Origin: Oikopleura dioica
Lineage: Eukaryota; Animalia; Chordata
DNA length: 64,000 nt
Reading direction: 5' to 3'
Assembly (NCBI GenBank): GCA_907165135.1
Contig: OU015568.1
Coordinates: 16,131,208-16,195,207, forward strand
Shown here: positions 11,111 through 20,090 of the stretch, piece after piece
How the letters are laid out: each line of letters begins with the position of its first letter
How positions within the stretch are numbered: the stretch's first letter is position 1
The notes under the pieces: generated by a model
Seen by the model: only the letters and a program-made list of their open reading frames with translations
The model's database searches: none
Told to the model about the DNA's origin: nothing
Translations under genes and position numbers: made by a program

Positions 11111-14109
11111 CTAATGAAGTCAATTTTTCTCCGAAAATTGGAAGCTTTGGCGCCGCAACTGACGTCGAAAAAGCGATTCTTACTGAACTTGTTGAGAAGT
11201 ATCGTCTCTCATTCTCAATGTCAAGTGACGATCTTGGTAAACTTCACGGATTCAGGTTCGCTTTACCAACTCACGACGAATCAAAATCGAGCCACCAACC
11301 ACCACGACCGATTCCAGTGCACATCCGAGACCAAGTTGAAAACGAAATTGACAGTTGGAAAGCATTGGGAATTATCGAAGAGACACAATCTGATTTTAAC
11401 ATACCGCTGATTATTTTGAAGAAACCAGATTCAAGCATAAGAATAAGCCTTGACGCTAGAGGGTTAAATAAAATGCTTATCAAGGACAGATATCCCTTAC
11501 CCCACATGCTCACTGTATTCAACAGAATTGGCGAAAAACTCACTTCCGGCGATGCGTGCTACATCAGTTCTCTTGATTATCACCGAGGTTACTGGCAAAT
11601 TCAGTGTGCAGCAGAAGATTCTCACAAACTTGCGTTCTCCTTCGGAAATAAGCACTATCAAGCTAACAGAATGCTGTATGGCACCGCTACTGCGCCAAGT
11701 GCTTTTTCGCGGATAATGTCAAAGCTGATGAATCACCCTTCAATAATAATCTATCTCGATGATCTTATCTGCATCGACAGTGATTTCCAAAGCCACATGA
11801 AAACCCTAGAATTCATCCTGAAGCAATGTCAAGAACATGGACTTTTATTGTCCGCATCAAAATGTAACCTTTGCATGCGCGAAACAGAATTCCTTGGTCA
11901 CAAAATCTCAAGAGCAGGAATCCAGCCCACAGATAAACACATCGATGCAATCAACAAAATAACAGTTCCAACATCAAGAAAAGAATTGAAGAGATATCTC
12001 GGAATGGTCACTTTTAACGCAAAATACGTCAAGGATGCGTCAATAATTCTAGCGCCTTTATACGAGCTCACCAGCCTGAAGAAAGAGTTTATCTGGACTG
12101 ATCGACACCAGAACGCGTTTTCAAAAATGAACTCTGAGCTCACTAAAAAACCGACACTTGGCCATTTCAAACTAGGCTCAAAGCTCTTACTGGTAACAGA
12201 CAGCTCTGGAAAAAGTGTCGGAGGAACATTGTACCAGTACCAAGATGACAAGCTCATTACCCTTGGATACTTCTCAAAAGCTCTTACTGGTCCTGATCTT
12301 AAAAGAAGTATGCGCGTAAAAGAGTTATTCGCACTTACTTGGGCAATAAAACACTTCGAATTCTACCTTCTCAACACCCATTTTGAAGCATACGTCGACC
12401 ACAAATCATTACTGTTTTTATTCAAAGAGCAGCAACAATCAAAGCTAGATATCAAGCTCTGCAATATACAGTGCTACTTGACCCAATTCGACTTCACAAT
12501 AATCCACAAACCTGGCAATAGTGATGTCATGGCAAGTGCAGATTACTTCAGCCGATTACCCAGGTCAAAAAGCTCTTCACTGGACGACGACGCTACTCGA
12601 TTCGAAGACATTCCAGAGCGAGTGTACATGTTCCATCTCAAATCGCAAGACGATGAAAACATTGTTTTCTCATATGGATCCGAGAAAATAACAAGTGAGA
12701 AAATGAGACAACTGCAAGACAGCTGTAATCTCACTAAAAACAAAATTGTCAAAGCAAAAAAGCATAAGAAAACAAGATTTTCTTTCAAAAATGACATTTT
12801 GTACGCACAAAACAGACTTGTCCTACCCGACCATGTTGCAACCAAATTTTTACAGTATCTTCACATTATAACAGGACATGGTGGTTCAAAAGCGCTGACT
12901 CATATGTGCTCGAAATTTTTCATCAGCAACATTCAAGAAAAAGTCCGTGCGATTACAAGCTCCTGTCCTGTCTGCATTCAAGTGAAACCTGTCAAGAAGC
13001 TAAAACCGTCAATGATCGAAAAACGCAATTTCGAGTCTGTCCCCTTCGAAAAAACGTTTTTGGATTTAGTGGACTATGGTTCTAAGGATGGCAATAATAT
13101 GCGCTACTTGTTAACTTGCTGCGACTCACTTACCGGATTTTTGGATGGGGTGCCACTTGCATCAAAATGCGATAAATTGGTTGCAAGAGCGATTTTAACC
13201 CTTGTTCTCCGACATGGCATCACCGAAACCGCTGTCACCGACAACGGCCGTGAATTTGGTCCTTTAACCCGGCAAATCTTCGAACGATTCCAAATAAGGC
13301 ATGTTACAACGACAGCGTATCGATCTTGCTCAAATGGCAAAGTCGAAAGACTCCACCGCGAAATTCACATTCACTTGAAAAATATGAATGCAAACGATCG
13401 AAACTGGTCACAAAAATGGGAAGAAGCCAAATATTACATCAACAATCTGCCGAAAGAAACACTAGATGGTCTTTCCAGCAATGAAGCCCTTTATGGTCGA
13501 GCTTTTCACGTTCCATTCAAAATTGGACAATCTGAAGATGGTGCTAAAGAGCCTTTTATAAAAGCTCTCAATAACTACATCACAAAATTACATCCTGCTA
13601 TCCAACGATTCCAAGTGGAACGATACCAAAAACAGCTCCGACGCGACAAAAACAACTGCCCTCTTTTAGAAATAGGTACAGTAGTGCTCGTTTGGAAGCC
13701 GAATATTTCTAATGGGAAGCTCGGGACCAATTGGACTGGACCTTTTTTTGTCCACAAGAGAATCTCTAAAGACTCGTACATTGTCAAGTGTGACCTTACA
13801 AAACGTGAATATAGAAGGCACATATCGCTCATACGCCCCTTAAAAAATATGGTTGGCGATTCGACAGAATTCAAGACAATCAGAAACGAGCAAGAAACCA
13901 AATCACCACAAGATGATGATAAGAAAATAATCGACTCTTTGCAAGACAAAAAGTCAGATTCACACAACAAGACTGAAGAAATTGAAAAATCAACAGACAC
14001 TGTAACTTCTGAGCCAGCTACAAATGCACTCTCACAAGATGAAAAAGAAGATGATGCTCAGACAAATGCCTGGTCAAAAAGACTTAGACCACGAAAATCC
14101 CAAAACTAA
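11083..14109 (+). CDS. pol: Pol: reverse transcriptase, RNase H and integrase (-1 frame relative to pro)
   Basis: RT YLDD, RNase H VTDSS...RVKELFAL, integrase H..H..CPVC and D-D-E (LDLVD, VTDNGREF, KVERLH). The frame is open from 11083. Confidence 0.95.
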   Translation, partial: KFRKTRESLANEVNFSPKIGSFGAATDVEKAILTELVEKYRLSFSMSSDDLGKLHGFRFALPTHDESKSSHQPPRPIPVHIRDQVENEIDSWKALGIIEETQSDFNIPLIILKKPDSSIRISLDARGLNKMLIKDRYPLPHMLTVFNRIGEKLTSGDACYISSLDYHRGYWQIQCAAEDSHKLAFSFGNKHYQANRMLYGTATAPSAFSRIMSKLMNHPSIIIYLDDLICIDSDFQSHMKTLEFILKQCQEHGLLLSASKCNLCMRETEFLGHKISRAGIQPTDKHIDAINKITVPTSRKELKRYLGMVTFNAKYVKDASIILAPLYELTSLKKEFIWTDRHQNAFSKMNSELTKKPTLGHFKLGSKLLLVTDSSGKSVGGTLYQYQDDKLITLGYFSKALTGPDLKRSMRVKELFALTWAIKHFEFYLLNTHFEAYVDHKSLLFLFKEQQQSKLDIKLCNIQCYLTQFDFTIIHKPGNSDVMASADYFSRLPRSKSSSLDDDATRFEDIPERVYMFHLKSQDDENIVFSYGSEKITSEKMRQLQDSCNLTKNKIVKAKKHKKTRFSFKNDILYAQNRLVLPDHVATKFLQYLHIITGHGGSKALTHMCSKFFISNIQEKVRAITSSCPVCIQVKPVKKLKPSMIEKRNFESVPFEKTFLDLVDYGSKDGNNMRYLLTCCDSLTGFLDGVPLASKCDKLVARAILTLVLRHGITETAVTDNGREFGPLTRQIFERFQIRHVTTTAYRSCSNGKVERLHREIHIHLKNMNANDRNWSQKWEEAKYYINNLPKETLDGLSSNEALYGRAFHVPFKIGQSEDGAKEPFIKALNNYITKLHPAIQRFQVERYQKQLRRDKNNCPLLEIGTVVLVWKPNISNGKLGTNWTGPFFVHKRISKDSYIVKCDLTKREYRRHISLIRPLKNMVGDSTEFKTIRNEQETKSPQDDDKKIIDSLQDKKSDSHNKTEEIEKSTDTVTSEPATNALSQDEKEDDAQTNAWSKRLRPRKSQN

Positions 14110-14975
14110 AAGGGGAGAAGGGAGATGATAAAAATTCACCTCTTCAGTAGAGCCTAAAATTCAAAAATATGAGAGGGATGAATGCTTGTTGGTTCCATTC
14201 AGTAAGGCCTACTCGAAAATCAAATGAGACGCGAAAAAAAAAAAAGAAGCTTATAAATAGCCAAAATTTGATCTTGAAAAAACTGTTATTCTAGCGCCAC
14301 CTCAAAAGCGCAAGGATCTTTTTCAAAATTCAAATACTAATGAGATACAAATTCTCTAAATCGATAACTAAGAGGAAGAAGTTTTACTGTGAGACAACCT
14401 AGCGAAACAAAACCAACAACGAACTTACAGTATGTCAAAGAATATCTTCTTGGCCTTTCAGCACTAGATGCCGACTGTATGAAGAAAGTCCATCAAAACA
14501 GCTAGCTACAATAAATTCAAATGTGCCATGGATCTCGTTAAGTCCATGATTTCAAAACGAACTGCGACTAGTCAGCTTTAATGCAGAGGGAACCTGCTTG
14601 AGATTAAACCCGGTCATGGCCCGCACAAGCCCAATTGGATGGCTATTCGACTCATTGGACCTCTTTTTGTATTCAATATTTGCACTCACCGCATGCACTC
14701 GAGTTCAAATTATTCTCTACAAAAATGCTCATCGACGAGAATAGGAGCTAAAATTGCTTGCTCCCCATACAGCTTTGTTATCCCAATAAAAGGACGCGAC
14801 AAGATCGTGCATCGCTCAAGAAGCAAAAGAAATCAATTTTCAGAAGAATCTGGACAATAAATCGGACGAGCGATCGAAGCGCCTCACGTGATTGGCCGCG
14901 CAAAACTGCACCGCACGGCCCGGAGCGCAGCACACTCACTCGCCGCAAAAAAGAGAGAAAAAGAAAATAGAGAAA

Positions 14976-15503
14976 ATGCCGCTAAATTACACGTCGAGCA
15001 AACAAACCGTTTATCACTTTTTCGATGGAACTTCAAAGGAAATGGTGTTACGATATATACTTCCACAAGTCTTAAATATCGACCCGCCAACGGAGTACGT
15101 TGACCCGTCAAAGTGGGCACGGATTTTCGAAATAATTGATTTCGTCAAAAATATCCGACTCGAAACCCTTAAATTTCTGGAAACCTATGAGTACTCAATC
15201 CAAGATTCCAGAGCCGTTTACAACTTTTGGCGCGAAAGATATTCAAAAAACGACAGCTTTATCTATTGGCTTGCTAAAACGACCGTAATTTGTGAGATTT
15301 GGCGGAATAACGAGAGCCTTAAAATAATTGGCCCTAAGGTTCTTGAGACTTTCGATAATATGTTCATATCGAAAAGATTACTCTGGAACGAGCTCCTTAC
15401 CTTTGATCTTAAAAATGAGATCAAAATCGTTCGAAAAACTCTAGAATTATTTCTAGAAGAAACTCGCAAACCTGGCTACAAAAGTCAACCTTGCTCAATC
15501 TGA
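14976..15503 (+). CDS. Extra ORF3 inside element 2 (175 aa), unknown function, not env-like
   Basis: ATG-initiated ORF between pol and the 3' LTR, with no signal peptide or TM segment. Preceded by a CACGTG/ATTGG/GC-rich promoter-like stretch at 14880-14940. Confidence 0.6.
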   Translation: MPLNYTSSKQTVYHFFDGTSKEMVLRYILPQVLNIDPPTEYVDPSKWARIFEIIDFVKNIRLETLKFLETYEYSIQDSRAVYNFWRERYSKNDSFIYWLAKTTVICEIWRNNESLKIIGPKVLETFDNMFISKRLLWNELLTFDLKNEIKIVRKTLELFLEETRKPGYKSQPCSI

Positions 15504-15762
15504 ATTTCATTCTCAGACACCATTTTATGAGCCCTTTACATCACCTGGGAACGTGGACGATCGACAAACAGGCACTCCTGCTGACGCTGATGGATCTATC
15601 GCTCAAAGCCCGCTTACTTATGTTTCTGATGACCCTGTCACTGCTGATATTCCAACTAATCCGCAAGTCGACTTATCAGAAATCAACGCTTCCGACCTGC
15701 TTGATTTTACTCCATCGCAAACAACAGACTTCTATCCTTCAATCGACGATTTGCTCTCTTAA
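15457..15762 (+). CDS. Acidic ORF4 or frameshifted tail of ORF3 (no ATG)
   Basis: Open frame of about 100 codons, D/S/T/P-rich, overlapping the end of ORF3 in the +1 frame. Confidence 0.35.
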   Translation, partial: KKLANLATKVNLAQSEFHSQTPFYEPFTSPGNVDDRQTGTPADADGSIAQSPLTYVSDDPVTADIPTNPQVDLSEINASDLLDFTPSQTTDFYPSIDDLLS

Positions 15763-15785
15763 AACCGTGCAAAAGTCATTTTCTC

Positions 15786-15797
15786 AGAAGGGAAGGA
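15786..15797 (+). other. Polypurine tract of element 2
   Basis: AGAAGGGAAGGA lies just before the 3' LTR. Confidence 0.8.
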
Positions 15798-15799
15798 TT

Positions 15800-16163
15800 T
15801 GTAGTGCTTTTATTATTTGGAATGCCTTTTGCATCATGTTTTAAATCGACGCTGATCGCGGAGCGCGCTGGGCGCACCTACTACACCATTACAGTACAGC
15901 GACACTAGCCTGGCCGCGAGCGCGCGGCCTGTAAAAACCAAACTCCTTCGTTTTCCGTGCTCCTCCTTGGTTTATAATGCTCCTCCTCGGATTTTAAAGC
16001 TCCTCCACGGAATTCCGTCCTCCTCCACGGATCTCTATATAAACTGTTCACTGTGCACACTTTCTCAGAACACTCACAGAGATAACTTAGAGTGCCAATA
16101 AACTACAAAACACAAACTTTTGTTTACTTTTTTGTCCCTTGCAAAATAATAGCAAGCAGTACA
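15800..16163 (+). repeat. 3' LTR of element 2 (364 bp)
   Basis: Direct repeat of 8545-8910, followed by the CGTA TSD. Confidence 0.95.
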
Positions 16164-17637
16164 CGTAGTTACAGTAAAGTTTCAAGCCACTGGCACTTAC
16201 GGTGGCCACTGATGGATGATATTCAAGTTGCCATTGGCGTCGCCCGCCATCTTCGTCTTCGGCGGCAACATAACATTACTCTCCTCCTTCATCAAATACT
16301 CATTTTAGGTCAAAACATGCTTTTATTCCACGAAAATTGTACATAAACTGCAAGAGCAAAAAATAATTTAATACGTTCTTCGCGTGAGATTCGCCAAGAC
16401 TTTGTATTTGTTCTGACCCAAACGTGGCTTGGAGTGGATCTCTTTGCTTGTGTGCGATTGCCGTGGCGATTGTTTTGATACTTTTTCCAGGTAAGAAATT
16501 ACGGCCTTTATACTGTATTCTGTGCTCGGCACGGGGAGTTGGAAGTTGCATAGGCCAAATATGCCCAGATTTTCAAAATGATAACATGCAAAACGTGCGC
16601 AGCTTGCGAGAAATTATGATGAAAGGGATAGAAACTTGTCTCGAAATTCAAAAGAGAGGTACGTTTAAAATTAGCGATAATGAGCATGCGAAAAAGATGC
16701 ATCAAAATATAAGTGCCTGTTTTTTGAAGAAAATTTTCTTATCATAAATTATATTTGTTAAAGATATCAATATAATAAGTACTGGAATTTCTCCGGCACC
16801 TTGAGGAGTTCAAAGAAAGTGAGCTTCTCGTTTTCATGAGAATTTATTTTGTTTGTAAGAGGCAAGAAGAGTAGGAAGGATGGGCTCGGAGACGATTCTT
16901 ACCTATTACTAATAATTGAGTCCGATTTCGATTGTCTAATAGCCTATAAGACTATTGCTGTGTGTCCTTGGCGCGAGAGGTGGCTGGATGGTCCTCCATT
17001 GACTGAGTAAATATATTTAATGTATATTATTTTAGTAATTCTTGGGCGGATTTATTAGCATTTTATACGGGTTTTTTGCTCTGAGACGTATCACATTTGA
17101 AAAAATGCAAGTTTCAACGCATCCAAAAGAATTAACAAGAGAAGCTGTTGAAAAATGGCTGGAAGATTTTAAAAAGAAGTTGAATAGAACGACGAGCAGA
17201 GATGATTTGGACAGATTGATTTTGTCGGTGGAGAGATTCGAGTTTAAAAATATTGATCGTGCTAGATGGGAGGAAGTTATTTTTGAAAATGGAAAAGGAA
17301 AAGTTTCTGGAATATATGTAGAAGAAGAATGGGCTATTACTTCATTTCAAAAAATGATCCTCGACCAAAATCCGCAACTAGAAGGTCGAATAATTCAACG
17401 CTCAGAACTCAATGAAGAAACTGGAGAATGGATTATCGATGAATTTCTTGAGCAAAAATTAATTTCAGCTGGAGGAGAAGCGATTGTTTTGGAGGAAACA
17501 TTTGGAGAATTAAAATTTGCGGTTCGGTTTCAAGCTTTTGATTCGGCGCTTTTTACGGGGAAGACTGAAGAAATGGAATATGAAATTAATCTTTCCAAAG
17601 GTATTTTTATTTTTTTTTAAATAGTTTCTCCTTTTTA

Positions 17638-17913
17638 GGGTGTCGGGCGCTGAGGTTATGCCATAACCAGGTTATGCATTTTCGATTTAAATTGGAGCAA
17701 TTTGAGGCTAAATTGGTTCCAAAAGACTTATAAACGATGTTTTCTCTAAGATCAGGCGCGATGCGCACTTGAACTATCTGTTACATATCGATTAATATGA
17801 TTTTTATTAAGAGTGCATAACAAATAGAGGTGTTCAGGTCGACGATTCAAAAAAGGGATGAAAACCCATGTCGGGACCTAGTTATGCATGCATAACCTCA
17901 GCGCCATACACCC
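17638..17913. mobile_element. MITE (276 bp) with GG-starting TIRs and 8-bp TSD (Merlin-like)
   Basis: 24-bp TIR GGGTGT(CG/AT)GGCGCTGAGGTTATGC. CCTTTTTA duplicated at 17630-17637 and 17914-17921. Lies inside a kinase intron. Confidence 0.8.
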
Positions 17914-18584
17914 CCTTTTTAAGACTACGATACCGCTCATAACGACGAAAAAGATGACGCTAAAGTTATCCCTGTTCATCAAAACGTGATTAAAAACTTC
18001 TGCAACATCGAAATCTTCTCGAGCAAAGACGAGAAAAGACAGGACTGCCTCGGATGGATTACGATTATGGAGAAATGCGACACAGATTTGAGAAGCAGAT
18101 TGAAGAAGGGAGATTTGAGCTTGAAAGAGAGGAGGAGAATTGCGAATGAAGTGAGAGAGGGGAGAAAGTATTTGGGGAGCATTGGAATTTACCATCAAGA
18201 TCAGAAGCCGGAAAATATTTTATTGAAAAATGGAGAATGTAAATGGATCGATTTTGGAACTATTTGGGAATTAACTGGAAGGAAGAGCTACAGAAGAATG
18301 GGCTACGCGAGGAAAGGGAGCAAGTGTAGATTTATTGATTATTTATGTAAGTTATTAATTGAAATTAGTTGAAAATAATTTGCTCGCGTTTTTATTTTCT
18401 TCTCAGATGCTGGATCTTCTGCCTTTACGGGAAGTAATCAACTTTGTGGAGGAGGAGGAGGAAGAAGATCACCACTTCACGTATTTATTCTTTGTGATTG
18501 GAAAACAGCGTGGAGTCTTCTTTTCAAGCCGATCGAAGAAGAAGAAAAAGAGAAAATCAAAAAGAACTCAAGGTAAGAGCTTAA

Positions 18585-19394
18585 GGGATCCCCCCCCCCG
18601 TTTTTTCAAATCTTCATGACGGGTGTCTATGTGGCATATTTAGATTCCTCGTGCTCTGAGGATCATTTTGATATATTACATGACCCCTTTATGGGCATCT
18701 TTACCCAAAATTTCGACCCTCGAAAATCGTAACAATGCATGTAATTTGTACTTAGCGTGAAAATCGCAATTTTTTTCGACTTTTCGATGTCATCGAAAAT
18801 AGACATATAAGGGGTCCATCGAACGCTTAAAATGCACTGAGTAAGAATTTAGTAACCGCATTAGGATTTTTGGCCATATATTGGCGCTAGAGAGCAATTT
18901 GGAACCAAAAAGGGCCAAAATGGCATCTTAAAGTTTTTTTTAAGAAAAAATTTTTCTTACTTGACCAAACAATTTCTCTGTACTAGAGATTAAAGATCAG
19001 GCTTTACTCTTTCTAAATCTAGTCGCAGATTTATTCTAGCTAAGCCCAAAAAAAAGAAGTTCGCCGTTGAAAATGGCCAAAAACGGCGTTTTTTCGAAAA
19101 ACACTAACTTCAGCGCCCCCGTGTGCTAGGTTTGCGTCTATGTATTTTTTTCTCTGTACTAGACAGGGGTGGATATTTTGATTTCAAACCTCATTTCAAA
19201 CCCCGAAATTTCCGTTCTCGACCAATCAGGATGGCCAAATTGGAGTTGAAATGAGGAGTTGAAATCAAAATATCCACCCCTGGTACTAGAGAATTAGCCG
19301 CTATGAACGAGCTTTCATTTGCGCTATTGCACGCAAAAATTGGTAAGTGCAAAAAAGTAGTTTGCCATTGAAAATGGCGAAATCGGGGGATCCC
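18585..19394. mobile_element. Non-autonomous TTAA-targeting element (Kolobok-like)
   Basis: TTAA TSD at 18581-18584 and 19395-19398. Termini GGGATCCCCC...GGGGGATCCC. Homologous, in opposite orientation, to 22971-23634 and 24781-25444. Confidence 0.85.
19164..19282. mobile_element. hAT-like MITE (119 bp) nested in the Kolobok-like element
   Basis: TIR CAGGGGTGGATATTTTGATTTCAA and 8-bp TSD GTACTAGA on both sides. Absent from the other two family copies. Confidence 0.85.
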
Positions 19395-19838
19395 TTAATA
19401 AGAAATAATATTTCTGCAATGAAAGAAAAATTTGAAGGCGTGCAATGCTGAGTGGCTCTCAGAATGGTATACTCCATCAACCAAAGAAATCGAAAACTTG
19501 TCGAAAATAATTTCTCTAAAAACGCGTCTTCTGCTTTTTGCCTCGACGATCCAAATTTGACTAAGTCATCGGCAATGGCCAATCTCAAACAGAAACTGAC
19601 AAGACAGATTAATTTCGACTTCGAAAATTTGACGAAAAATGTTTTAAACCAAAAAGAAAGCGATCTTTGGGCTCAGGTCAATATTCGGAGTTACCATGGA
19701 TTGGAGCATTTTTTTTGGAGTGAGTTCTGTTTTCGTTTCTAAAGTGGAGGAACTTTTTTGGAGTTACACCGCAAAAAATTTTAAGGCGACGTTAGACGGA
19801 TTTTTATTTTCTCAGTGGAATTTTTGGACCTTCTTCTT

Positions 19839-20090
19839 TATCCGCGGTTCTATTTTTTGATGGGTTTCATTTGGACTTGTTTATATATCCGTGGTTTTAT
19901 TTTTTGATGGGTTTCATTTGGACTTGTTTATCTATCCGCGGTTCTATTTTTTTCATTTATTTTATTTGGACTTGTTAATTTATCCGCGTTTCTATTTTTT
20001 TGGTTGGTTTCATTTGGACGAGTTTTATTATCCGCGGTTGTATTTTTTTAATTGGATTCATTTGGACTAGTTTTTTATCCGCGGTTACTA
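19839..20090. repeat. Tandem array, ~47-bp unit x6
   Basis: Recurrent TATCCGCGGTTCTATTTTTT...CATTTGGAC starting at about 19839, 19886, 19933, 19981, 20029 and 20076. Confidence 0.85.

Larger units (their letters stand above)
8545..16163 (+). mobile_element. Full-length Ty3/gypsy LTR retrotransposon (Tor-like)
   Basis: TG...CA LTRs at 8545-8910 and 15800-16163 differ only by two small indels that I can see. CGTA TSD on both sides, PBS at 8915, PPT at 15786, and gag-pro-RT-RNaseH-IN order. Confidence 0.97.
17105..19742 (+). pseudogene. Protein-kinase-like gene copy 2 (spliced; two apparent 1-nt frameshifts; no protease domain)
   Basis: G-loop SAGGEAIV, beta3 FAVR, catalytic HQDQKPEN and IDFG. 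Introns at 17601-17923, 18347-18406 and one containing a Kolobok-like insert. Single-A deficits near 18560 and 19520 relative to copy 1. Similarity to copy 1 ends at 19669. Confidence 0.8.

Noticed and set aside
11108-11410. Second readthrough at the protease TAG-CTA
   Set aside because: The in-frame downstream ORF (98 aa) is not RT; RT is in the -1 frame.
9345-14000. Many 60-140-aa alternative-frame and antisense ORFs within gag and pol
   Set aside because: Short shadows of long coding regions with no motifs or independent signals.
14976-15762. env gene in element 2
   Set aside because: No signal peptide, TM segment, furin site or Cys pattern, and it is too short.
16300-16750. 107-aa Cys-rich ORF upstream of kinase copy 2
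   Set aside because: Starts at GTG, contains a probable splice donor, and I could not build a supported gene model.
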